A DNA stretch of 60,405 bases. Source: Arenicellales bacterium (GTDB lineage: Bacteria; Pseudomonadota; Gammaproteobacteria; Arenicellales; JAANXG01). The DNA is taken from the NCBI GenBank assembly GCA_030066885.1, contig JASJAT010000052.1, positions 1 through 60,405 on the forward strand. Direction: 5' to 3'. A program made the position numbers and the translations under genes. The notes under the pieces are model-generated. The model did no database searches. It had not been told where the DNA came from and saw only the letters and a program-made list of their open reading frames with translations. This document shows, piece after piece, positions 49,643 to 58,857 of this stretch (position 1 is the first letter of the stretch; the number at the start of each line of letters is the position of its first letter).

Positions 49643-50899
49643 TTATCGAAGCAAATCCTCTTCAAAAGGAAACCGTGACAATAATTCCGTGCCATGTTCC
49701 GTGATGAGTACCTGTTCCTCCAATTTTACGCCTTCGTGACCACCTTCTTCACCGATGTAACTTTCCACACAAATAGTCATACCCGGGAGAATAACTCCAT
49801 CATAACCCGCATCTGCGAAGTCCGCGCGATGGTATAAATAAGGATACTCGCCGGTCATACCGACACCATGAGACGAGAGATAGTAGCGGTTAGCAAAGTA
49901 CTTCCCGGGGATATCCCACGCCTTGTCCGCGTATTCGCGAAAACTCAACCCCGGCCCCAAAATACCAATATTGTGGTGCACCTGCTCGTGGGCAACTTTA
50001 TACAGGGTCTTTTGCAACTCTGTTGGTTTCGCGGGACCCACGTGAAACGTGCGCGAGAAATCCGAATAATATCCATGGCAACCGACAACATCAGTGTCTA
50101 GTGCAATCAGTTCATTCTCACCGATGATTTTATTCGCCGACTCCTGAAACCAGGGGTTCGTACGTTCTCCAGAATTTAGCAATCGAGTTTCACAATAATC
50201 CCCATTAAGTGCAATAACCGACTGGTGCAATACAGACCACAATTCATTCTCAGTTATGCCCGGACGAATAGCCTGGCGTAATTTACTTACCCCAGCCTCT
50301 GTGGCTCGCAGTGAGGCAATTACGCATTTAATCTCTTCATCCGACTTGATGCAGCGTGCCATTTCTATCGGTTCTTGGGCGTCGACCAATTTCGAACCCA
50401 GCTCCGCCAAAGCCAATGCCGCACCCGCATTCATGCGTTCAATCCCAACGATTGTTTTTGCCCCAACCAACTCTGTAATAGTCGATAAGATTTCTTTAGC
50501 CCAATTGCGCTCTCGTGCAGAAATACCTGGGCCCGCGGCCACAAAGCTCGCCGTCTTTGCCGGCCGCACCTCGTCTACAGTTTCGAAACCCTCCGCCAAA
50601 TGAAGACAGCCTGTGAATTCGTACAGGATTGTCCGAGCATCAGTGACTAATAAGTAGCGAGACGGCGTATTACGCGAAGAAAATATTTGCATATTACGCG
50701 TGCCAGTGGTGTATCGAATATTCACCGGGTCCGAAACGATAAGCGCGCCGATGTCTCGCTTCTTCATCTCCTCCCGGACACGGCTCAGACGGTAAAGCCT
50801 TACCGCTCGCATATCGATGCCTTTGCTTTCCGGTGCACTATCAAGCAATGCTATCCCGGATAGGTTGGATCGGCCCGAATGCCAGTCAAGTTCTGTCAT
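49643..50899 (-). CDS. M24 metallo-enzyme, DddP (DMSP lyase)-like
   Basis: DPVNIRYTTG.RNMQ, ETRLLNSG.RTNPWFQE, DTD....GYYSDFSRT, HGVG, VESYIG...GVKLEEQV. Confidence 0.8.
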   Translation of the reverse strand: MTELDWHSGRSNLSGIALLDSAPESKGIDMRAVRLYRLSRVREEMKKRDIGALIVSDPVNIRYTTGTRNMQIFSSRNTPSRYLLVTDARTILYEFTGCLHLAEGFETVDEVRPAKTASFVAAGPGISARERNWAKEILSTITELVGAKTIVGIERMNAGAALALAELGSKLVDAQEPIEMARCIKSDEEIKCVIASLRATEAGVSKLRQAIRPGITENELWSVLHQSVIALNGDYCETRLLNSGERTNPWFQESANKIIGENELIALDTDVVGCHGYYSDFSRTFHVGPAKPTELQKTLYKVAHEQVHHNIGILGPGLSFREYADKAWDIPGKYFANRYYLSSHGVGMTGEYPYLYHRADFADAGYDGVILPGMTICVESYIGEEGGHEGVKLEEQVLITEHGTELLSRFPFEEDLLR

Positions 50900-50926
50900 A
50901 AGGTTTTCCCAAGTTTTTTAATCGCA

Positions 50927-51796
50927 CTACTGATCGGTGGAAGCGATTCGCTTCTTAATGGAACGCCGCAGTCTGCGTATTGATCGGCGATACCACGGCG
51001 GTCGTGGCTTTTGCGGCTGCTCAAACAATCCCTCTGGTATCGATCGGTCGACTTCACCTATGATGTTCACAAGACGCCGTGTGTACGGGTTGGGCGGTCT
51101 GTATGAAACGGCGTGCAGTGCCTCGTCCGAGTTGATGAATCCGACGAGGACGTTTGGGCGGTAATCGATCGTACGCAGGTACTCCGCATCCTGCTCGTCG
51201 ACCTCACTGCCGCGAAAACGTCGATTTCCGGTAATCCAGCGATAGATCTCGAGGTCTCCTCCTTTAACAGCGTCGTCGGTACCGCGGAAATAGAGCAACA
51301 TTGCGAACAACTCGACCGGTGCATCCGTGTGGACACGGCGCACGCTCGATGAGACCTCAACAGGCGTATTGATCCCGACCTGACAGTCCAAAGAGATGTC
51401 GACGGACGCCTCGAATCGGCGCCCGACCGTGCAGGCATCAAGGGATTTACCCAATCTCCGCTCGAGGTTGGGATGCGTCGCGCGTATGTGGTTACCGAGG
51501 AGTGATACAACCTCACGATAGAATTCTGAGGAAGTGTGGTAGTCGATGAATTCGCGCCAAACTTGGGCCAGCTCGCAATCGGTGCCAAGGGCTTCGCTGG
51601 CCGAGATCTGATAGCGGGTGTTCTGCTTGCGTACATTACACATACGGTCAAGCGCTATGATGTATTCATCAGCAGGATAACTTTCTTCGAGCTGGTGATA
51701 GTAGGCTTCGGACAACGGACGCTGGACTGCGAAGTGCACATAAGGATCGACGACAACGTCGGGCGGCGTGGCTCGGCTAAGGATACTCTCGACCAT
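50927..51796 (-). CDS. 2OG-Fe(II) oxygenase-like protein
   Basis: HTD...LLYFR...GGDL...LHAV...RR facial-triad pattern; start moved to ATG 51796. Confidence 0.7.
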   Translation of the reverse strand: MVESILSRATPPDVVVDPYVHFAVQRPLSEAYYHQLEESYPADEYIIALDRMCNVRKQNTRYQISASEALGTDCELAQVWREFIDYHTSSEFYREVVSLLGNHIRATHPNLERRLGKSLDACTVGRRFEASVDISLDCQVGINTPVEVSSSVRRVHTDAPVELFAMLLYFRGTDDAVKGGDLEIYRWITGNRRFRGSEVDEQDAEYLRTIDYRPNVLVGFINSDEALHAVSYRPPNPYTRRLVNIIGEVDRSIPEGLFEQPQKPRPPWYRRSIRRLRRSIKKRIASTDQ

Positions 51797-51968
51797 CGGC
51801 CGAGAATTATAGCGTGACGGGAAAGTGGTGTGATTGACGAATAGGGCCTTGATGCATATGCGGGCCAACTTGATTACGTCGGGGAAAACTAACAGTATTG
51901 ACTGATCCATTAAAAACAACGAACGAAGACTAATATTCACACACATTCGTAACTTACTAACAGGGCAC

Positions 51969-52724
51969 GTGCGCGTATTCATAACAGGCGTTTCATCCGG
52001 CATCGGTAGAGCCTTAGTTCGGCAGCTCATTGCGGCTGGTCACGAGGTATGGGGAATAGCCCGCCGGGAAGATCAACTGGAAGAACTCAACAAGGAGCTG
52101 AATAGTTCAAAATTTCGGTATACCGTTTGCGACGTTAAAAACGAGAATGAGGTTCGAAACGTCCGGCAAGAGATGGTGACCAGTAGTTATTTTCCAGACA
52201 CATTTATTCTCAACGCTGCCGTTGATATTGAGGAACCGTTACCCCACCTGTCCGCAGAAGTATCCCGTGAAACCCTCCGAACCAATCTGGAAGGCGCCCT
52301 TATCTGGGTCAACTTGTTTATCGATCACTACCTGGGCAAAGAACATTGTCAGTTTATCGCCATATCATCTTTGTTCGCCCATTGGCCGGATACTTCGAGC
52401 GTGGCGTACGCAGCGAGTAAAGCAGGACTGGCTATGGCCTTTCGCAGCCTTTGGCTGCGCTACCGCGAGTACGGCATTCGTTTCAAGGTGGTTTATTTTG
52501 GCCCAGTCGACACTGGAATTAATCCGCGTTTTGTAAATCAAGCCGGGGAGAAAGTGCCGCGTTGGGTGACGTCCCCCGAAAACGCATCCCGTTTTATTAT
52601 CAAGTCCGCTTCAAGTTCTGGACACGTGTTTTATCATCCCTGGTACGTTTCTGTCCTGATCAAGCTGTTTGGCTGGCTCCCGGATAGTTTCTTTGAAACT
52701 GTAACGGGCTCATTTAAGCGATAG
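51969..52724 (+). CDS. SDR oxidoreductase
   Basis: TGVSSGIG, ARR, YAASK, GPVDT. Confidence 0.88.
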   Translation: MRVFITGVSSGIGRALVRQLIAAGHEVWGIARREDQLEELNKELNSSKFRYTVCDVKNENEVRNVRQEMVTSSYFPDTFILNAAVDIEEPLPHLSAEVSRETLRTNLEGALIWVNLFIDHYLGKEHCQFIAISSLFAHWPDTSSVAYAASKAGLAMAFRSLWLRYREYGIRFKVVYFGPVDTGINPRFVNQAGEKVPRWVTSPENASRFIIKSASSSGHVFYHPWYVSVLIKLFGWLPDSFFETVTGSFKR

Positions 52725-52728
52725 CCGG

Positions 52729-53472
52729 GTGACAACCGACCCAAAACGAAACTCCTCCGGCTCTCCACCGGAACTTTCTGTTGTCGTGCTTTGTTATCGA
52801 GCCGGGGAGTACGCACGCCAATTCGTCGGTCAGCTTTCCGACGAGTTACAGACGTCCGGTATTGATTACGAGCTGGTTCTAGTCGGAAATTTCCTACCGG
52901 GCTCAAACGACAAGACGCCGGAGATAATCAACGAGATCGCGCGCAGTAACCCACGGTGTCACGCCGTCGCCAGAGAAAAAAAAGGGATGATGGGATGGGA
53001 TATGCGATCCGGTCTAGAGGCTGCAACCGGTCGGCACCTGGCGGTGATTGACGGTGACGGTCAAATGCCAACCAGCGATATTGTAAAGGTTTACCGTATG
53101 CTTCAAGTCGGCCATTACGATCTTGTAAAGACCTTTCGAGCGCAGCGTTTTGATGGTTTATACCGAAAAACCTTATCTAGCTTTTACAACCTGCTGTTTC
53201 GAATCCTTTTCCCTTCGGCGTCAATGTTACGGGACATAAATTCCAAACCAAAGGTTATGACCCGCGAGTCCTACGAAAAGATGAAGCTCATATCGAACGA
53301 TTGGTTTACCGATGCTGAAATCATGATTGAGGCACTTCGAAACGAAGAACATATTGGCGAAGTCTCGACGATATTTTATGAAAACCAGCGCAGGAGCTCC
53401 TTTGTTCCGGTCTCCGCAATATTCGAGTTTTTAGGGAATCTCTTGTATTACCGCTTTTTCAGAAAATGGTAA
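52729..53472 (+). CDS. GT2 glycosyltransferase
   Basis: LSVVVLCY, IDGDGQ, DINSKPK, WFTDAEI. Confidence 0.85.
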   Translation: MTTDPKRNSSGSPPELSVVVLCYRAGEYARQFVGQLSDELQTSGIDYELVLVGNFLPGSNDKTPEIINEIARSNPRCHAVAREKKGMMGWDMRSGLEAATGRHLAVIDGDGQMPTSDIVKVYRMLQVGHYDLVKTFRAQRFDGLYRKTLSSFYNLLFRILFPSASMLRDINSKPKVMTRESYEKMKLISNDWFTDAEIMIEALRNEEHIGEVSTIFYENQRRSSFVPVSAIFEFLGNLLYYRFFRKW

Positions 53473-53726
53473 CCCGCATTTTGCACCAAGGCCGCCATGT
53501 GCTGTGTATAAATTTTATTTAAATGAAAAGGACACTTGTCGAAGGATCTTATGACGAGCTCAGCTTGTTTCCGCGGTTGGTCAAACCGCGTCCCGGCCGT
53601 TCCCGGGGAAGGGCATTTAAAACGTCATTGCAGGGCCGCATCGGCTCGTCATATCGGCCGAAACGTACCGGATCAAGTCTTCCACTCGTTACTTGGGGCT
53701 AGGGACTCGCTACTGCCCTTGGAACA

Positions 53727-55112
53727 CTATTGAAGCATCACTGATTTCAGTCCATGCGCGCGGGCATAACATCCGTTGGTCCATTCGCTGGGCTCTGTGC
53801 CTATATCTCGCCCAAACAGACGGCCGTAGTTCACATCTCCTTTGCCGGTATTCCATTGCGGCCCATATCTGAGTGGTGGTAACTCCACTGTTGTTTCCCC
53901 ACGCTCTCGAGCAGCCGATATCAATACTTCACGTTGCGCTTCTTGTTTCGAAACCCAACGATATACATTGAATGTGCCTTTCATGTCGTTGACCAGCAAT
54001 ACGGTGAGCGCCAAGCAGACCAGCAAGACCCCGATTCGGAGGGTACCGGTGGACTTGGTCCAAGGTGGGGCAAAGACCTCGTGGGGGAACATGGCGACAA
54101 CCGCCAAGATCAGAAAGTACTCCGTCGCAAAAGCCGTTCGTCCGACCAGTAATAATACCGGGACCACTACGGTTGTATAGGCAGAAAGCAAAGCGACTCC
54201 GCCAAATGCCGCGGCTGCGAACAATCGCCGGCGCAGATCGTGGGCTTGAGACAAAATGGAAACAAACAGGAATCCAACCAGAAGATATAGCAGGGCAAGA
54301 CTAGGGATTCCGGGCAACCTGCGGGTAACGTGTACGATACGGTCCCAAACAGAAAGTTCTGCAGCTACCAGCTCGAAGCGTTCGTAGTTGCCCGGAGCCG
54401 CAATCAATACCGCGGCGCCAGCGACCCAACACACTAGCCCAATGATTAATTCTTGGGGTATGGGTTTTTGACCACGCAAAAAAGCTGACAACAGCAACGT
54501 GAACCAGACCGCAGCCACCGCCGGCACAAGGTTTTCCAGCCAGGCGCCTCCCAAGAACGCCAGCACAGCATACAGTGGCCTTACGGCGGGCGGCAGAACT
54601 GTTTCGTCATCCCAAACGGCAAAGCGAACGACCGGAACAAGACAAGCAGTGGCGACGACCATGCCCCAAAAGTATTGGATGGCTCCTGTTTTCCATAGCG
54701 CGACTTCACCAAACACACTGGGCATGAACCATAACAAGAATACGAAACATACGATCAAGCAGGCTCGGCACCAGAAAGACTTTGCACAACCACTTGTGAC
54801 AACCACAAGATAGCAAGCGACCCCCAAGAAGACAGCGCTGAGGATATCGTGCAGAACAATACCAATGTTTCCAGCTGATAAAAATGAATAACTCAGAAAC
54901 ATAACCGGAAATCGACCGGTCCAGCCCAGGTATTCGCTGACAGTAGACGACCATACGTGATGAAAGCTAAATCCATCATGCCATCGACAGAAATCGTCGG
55001 CGAACAGTGGAACGTGTCGATTGAGCAAGAAAAAGTAGGCGGCAAAGAAACACACAAGGAACGCCGTTCCCCATGTGACTAGTTGGGAATGCCTATCGTG
55101 ACTCAGCTGCAT
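53727..55112 (-). CDS. DUF6056-like polytopic (GtrC/GT-C-type) glycosyltransferase
   Basis: ADDF, YLGWTGR, W.TGA.QY.W, APGN.ER; many TM segments. Confidence 0.7.
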   Translation of the reverse strand: MQLSHDRHSQLVTWGTAFLVCFFAAYFFLLNRHVPLFADDFCRWHDGFSFHHVWSSTVSEYLGWTGRFPVMFLSYSFLSAGNIGIVLHDILSAVFLGVACYLVVVTSGCAKSFWCRACLIVCFVFLLWFMPSVFGEVALWKTGAIQYFWGMVVATACLVPVVRFAVWDDETVLPPAVRPLYAVLAFLGGAWLENLVPAVAAVWFTLLLSAFLRGQKPIPQELIIGLVCWVAGAAVLIAAPGNYERFELVAAELSVWDRIVHVTRRLPGIPSLALLYLLVGFLFVSILSQAHDLRRRLFAAAAFGGVALLSAYTTVVVPVLLLVGRTAFATEYFLILAVVAMFPHEVFAPPWTKSTGTLRIGVLLVCLALTVLLVNDMKGTFNVYRWVSKQEAQREVLISAARERGETTVELPPLRYGPQWNTGKGDVNYGRLFGRDIGTEPSEWTNGCYARAHGLKSVMLQ

Positions 55113-55277
55113 TGAGCACCTTACTTAAAACGGAGTGCGGAGGATATCTGACATCTATCAATAGATGAACACATTGCGTTAAGGTGGCTACACAACGGTT
55201 GCTGGTAGCTAGTATCTAGTCACTGCTAAAAACGGCGAGCCATTGCGGTAGATATAAGCTACTCGCCACTGTTGTTC

Positions 55278-55447
55278 ATGGATTCCCGCTAAAGACCTGT
55301 GGGAATGACAGCTGGTTGATTCCAAAGCCGCTGACACAGCCATAGCTCGTAAAACAACGAAGACCACCCTCGATACTCAGGACTAGACTGCCAGCTACTT
55401 CTATGGATTCCGGCTCTGCGCCCACTGCGCGCTCTGACCGGAATGAC
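55278..55447. repeat. two REP-like palindromes (ATGGATTCC...GGAATGAC)
   Basis: 55278-55309 and 55403-55447 share their termini and form GC-rich hairpins. Confidence 0.6.
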
Positions 55448-55481
55448 GGCCTGTAGGAGGTCTATGCAGCTTGGATGATTT

Positions 55482-56771
55482 TCAGACAGTACGGATGTAA
55501 CGATCTCGCTCCCAGTCGCTGACGGCTCTTTGCCAGGCCTTCAGCTCCCAATTGCGCGAGATCTCGTAGTACTTGCTGAAGTCCTCACCAAGTGCGTCGC
55601 GCAGCCCGGTATCGGCACGGAACGCCGTCAGTGCGTTTTCCAGTGAGTTGGGTAAAGCGATGAGATCGGATCGTTCTGACACATCACCTTCGAGCGGCGT
55701 CGGCGGTGCCATCTCGTTACGGATTCCGTCCGCCGCTGAAGCAACCAGTGTAGCCAGCGCGAGGTATGGATTGGCATCGGCGCCCGGCCGGCGGCACTCG
55801 ATTCGAGATCTCTCCGTACGTTTGGAGTGAATTGCACGGACCGAAGCTGAGCGATTCTCGTAGCCCCAACTGACATTGACTGGGGCAAAGTAGCCGGGCA
55901 CAAGGCGCTTGTAGGAATTGACTGTAGGATTGAGTAGCAGAGAAGCCGCCGGCAGATGATCGAGCACACCTGCGATTGCCGCAGTCGCTACCGCTGTCGC
56001 ATCGTCGGTAGGATCAGCCGGGGCGAAGGCGTTTGTTCCCTCATTCCACAAAGACAAATGCACGTGCCCGCTCGAGCCCTCTTCCAGCGGCATTGTCTTA
56101 GCAAGGAAACTTGCACGCAGCCCAAGCGTAGCGGCTAAGTCTTTGACTGCGAATTTAACGTAGGCGGCATCGTCGGCTGCACGCAAACCATGCCGCGCAG
56201 CAATATTGAGTTCCAGCAAACCGGGCCCCGCCTCGGTATGGACTGCCTCGAGCTCGACGCCAAGTCCATCGAGCGCAGGGACGAGGTTTGAGAGCAAGGT
56301 ATTGAAGTGTCCAATCTCGTTCAAGTGATAGCTGAGTCCACTCGACAGGGGTGCCGCTTCCTGATCAAAGATGCGCACTTCGTATTCAAACGCCGCCAAC
56401 ACTTCGTAGCCGAGCGCCGCCATGCCGTCCAAAGACTCTCGCAATACCTCACGTGACGCGAGTTGGCAGCGACGACCGTCACGCCAACTGGGTGTGGCGA
56501 GGCAAATTTGCCAGCCTGATCGCCAGGTGAGTTCTCGTAAAGTATCGGAATCGGGTTCGATCAACAGGTCAGGCGCACCGGTACGAATGCCGTAGTTCTC
56601 ATAGTCTGCAATGGGTGCATCTACCGGATCCAGGCCGAGCCAGAGGTCGGTCATCACCGCTCCGTTCTTAACTGCTGATTGAAACGCCGAGGGCCGCAGT
56701 GCCTTGCCGCGGATCGAGCCGTGTACGTCAGGCATCCCAAGCAGAACAAACTCTTTGCTGGCGTCCGTCAT
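55482..56771 (-). CDS. glutamine synthetase-family gamma-glutamylamide ligase
   Basis: RGK, FEYE, HTEAGPGLLE, GSSGHVHLSL, NSYKRL, ENRS, RIECRRPGADANPY. Confidence 0.9.
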   Translation of the reverse strand: MTDASKEFVLLGMPDVHGSIRGKALRPSAFQSAVKNGAVMTDLWLGLDPVDAPIADYENYGIRTGAPDLLIEPDSDTLRELTWRSGWQICLATPSWRDGRRCQLASREVLRESLDGMAALGYEVLAAFEYEVRIFDQEAAPLSSGLSYHLNEIGHFNTLLSNLVPALDGLGVELEAVHTEAGPGLLELNIAARHGLRAADDAAYVKFAVKDLAATLGLRASFLAKTMPLEEGSSGHVHLSLWNEGTNAFAPADPTDDATAVATAAIAGVLDHLPAASLLLNPTVNSYKRLVPGYFAPVNVSWGYENRSASVRAIHSKRTERSRIECRRPGADANPYLALATLVASAADGIRNEMAPPTPLEGDVSERSDLIALPNSLENALTAFRADTGLRDALGEDFSKYYEISRNWELKAWQRAVSDWERDRYIRTV

Positions 56772-58126
56772 GATTGATTGGTACGGCCAAGTGCCGCCTT
56801 TATCTCGTGTTCGACCTTCTCTAGCGTCTTTACGAAGCGATTGATCATCTCAGCGAGTTCCTCGTCTTTACTGGTATATGCAGGGGCCAACAGGGTCTGA
56901 TCCCCGGTAAAGCCGTCCCGAGTCGAATGAGTAGAGGTGACCAATAAACCCTGCTCGAGTGCCTTGTCGTCGATGAGCGTTGCTGCGTCGAGACTATCCG
57001 GCAGCAAAGATTGACCGTCGCGTGGATCGACGTAATCTACGCCAAGCAGGAAACCGTGTCCCCGTACCTCCCCAACTATGTCACAGCCGGCAAGCGCCGA
57101 TTCCAACTCATCGCGAAACGATGGACCTCGTGCGGCAACGCGATCGAGCAGCTTGTTATTAATCATAAAGTCGAGCACAGCCAGGCCGACCGCACAGGGC
57201 AGGGGGGCACCGTCCCAAGTATGCCCAAGATCAAAAGCGCGCGACCCGTTGGCGAGAACCTCATACACATGCTCCCGGCATAACGTTCCCGCCAACGGAG
57301 CATACCCCGCACCAAGGGTTTTACCCGCAGTGACGATGTCGGGCTCGATAGGTAAGCCTTGCCCGGCAAACCAGCGGCCGGTTCGACCAATGCCGGTGAC
57401 GATCTCGTCGAAACAAACTAAGAATCCGTGACGCTCCCGGCGCTCCGCCAAGCCTTCCCAAAAGCGAGTCGGCGGCGAATAAGCCGGTAACGCCGCCGCA
57501 CTAACCGGCTCACAGAAAAACGCTGCCACGGTCTCAGGTCCAGCCTCTTCAAGGACTTGGTCCAGTGCGTCCAGGGCGCCTTCACCGGTTGGATCGAAAC
57601 GCTTGGTACTGGGTGGGATATGTAAATGCTTGGCCATGTATGGGTCGAACGGCGTCTGTAATCCCGTACGACCCGATAAGGCCAACGTCGCCATTGTCGC
57701 ACCGTGATAAGACTGGGCCGGCGAGATCACTCGCCAACGTCCGGTATCTCCCCGGTCGACGTGATAAGTTCTTGCCAGCCGTAGTGCCGTTTCGTTAGCC
57801 TCAGCACCCCCACTGACGAAGCGTGCGCGTGCCATTTCCGGCGCTGCCACGTCTAAAAGGCGCTGGGCCAGCTGTTCTTGTGGCTGGTTGGTAAAAAATT
57901 GGTTGTACATATAGGCGATGTCACCGGCACTCTCCCAGGTGGCTTCGACTATCTCATCACGGCCGTGACCGAGGCTCGCTACCATGGCGCCGCCGGAGCA
58001 GGCATCGAGTATTTCGTCACCTTCAGCGGTGTAGAGCCACACACCCTCACCCCTTTCTATACTGGGATAGCTCCGACTAAGGTAACGTGGAAAGACGCTG
58101 GTCGCGTCGGAATTGATTCCGATCAT
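56768..58126 (-). CDS. class III PLP aminotransferase (copy 2)
   Basis: SYHGAT, CEPV, FDEIVTGIGRTG, AGKTLGAGY, GHTW, VRGHG. Confidence 0.92.
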   Translation of the reverse strand: MIGINSDATSVFPRYLSRSYPSIERGEGVWLYTAEGDEILDACSGGAMVASLGHGRDEIVEATWESAGDIAYMYNQFFTNQPQEQLAQRLLDVAAPEMARARFVSGGAEANETALRLARTYHVDRGDTGRWRVISPAQSYHGATMATLALSGRTGLQTPFDPYMAKHLHIPPSTKRFDPTGEGALDALDQVLEEAGPETVAAFFCEPVSAAALPAYSPPTRFWEGLAERRERHGFLVCFDEIVTGIGRTGRWFAGQGLPIEPDIVTAGKTLGAGYAPLAGTLCREHVYEVLANGSRAFDLGHTWDGAPLPCAVGLAVLDFMINNKLLDRVAARGPSFRDELESALAGCDIVGEVRGHGFLLGVDYVDPRDGQSLLPDSLDAATLIDDKALEQGLLVTSTHSTRDGFTGDQTLLAPAYTSKDEELAEMINRFVKTLEKVEHEIKAALGRTNQS

Positions 58127-58857
58127 GGTGCTTCGTCCTTGACAAGAATGCTGTCTGTGGCCAGTGGTCGAAGCCCCGCTACGTCCTCGATGAATCGCTC
58201 GAAGAGTTGCAATGCGATCTGCCGAGAGTTCGCAGCGATACGGTGGGTCTCCGCCATCAACTCATCAGGGTCAACACCGACGGCGGCCAGCTCATGGGGA
58301 TATGCCTTTACCCAATAGTCCATAATCTCGGGGGTCACCTCTGGATGAAACTGCAACCCAAGACTTCGCCCAGCTACAAAGACCTGCGGACCTGCTGGAC
58401 TGTCGGCAACCAGTTTGGCCTCCTTCGGCAGAGTAAAGGTATCGAAATGCCATTGGAACCACGGCCCCTCTGCCACCAGCTCTAGATCGAGGCTTCTAAC
58501 CGGTAACCAACCCACCTCCGACAGTTCTCCACGAAAACACTCGCCACCAAGAATTCGCGCCAGTAACTGGCCACCAAAGCACAAACCGAGTATTGGAACA
58601 TCGGCCTCGGTAGCCTCCACGAACAATTCTTTTTCGCGGTCTATCCATGGCAACGAATCGTCGAATGCGGCGTACTGGGAACCAAGGGAAGCGATGAGGT
58701 CATAGTCTCGGGGTTTGATCTGTCGCTCATCGATATCAATCCTGAAAATGTCAATCCGTGCGCCCAAGTCAGTAAGCCATTCAGCGAGCACACCCGGTGG
58801 CGTGGGCTCTTCGTGTTGGATAATCAGTGCTCGAAAATCACTATTGGTTCCGTTCAT
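58123..58857 (-). CDS. class I glutamine amidotransferase-like (gamma-glutamyl hydrolase)
   Basis: LGLCFGGQ and QFHPE provide the Cys-His-Glu triad. Confidence 0.9.
   Translation of the reverse strand: MNGTNSDFRALIIQHEEPTPPGVLAEWLTDLGARIDIFRIDIDERQIKPRDYDLIASLGSQYAAFDDSLPWIDREKELFVEATEADVPILGLCFGGQLLARILGGECFRGELSEVGWLPVRSLDLELVAEGPWFQWHFDTFTLPKEAKLVADSPAGPQVFVAGRSLGLQFHPEVTPEIMDYWVKAYPHELAAVGVDPDELMAETHRIAANSRQIALQLFERFIEDVAGLRPLATDSILVKDEAP

Noticed and set aside
51797-52030. N-terminal extension of the 2OG oxygenase ORF
   Set aside because: It would overlap the divergent SDR and its promoter region; ATG 51796 is more plausible.
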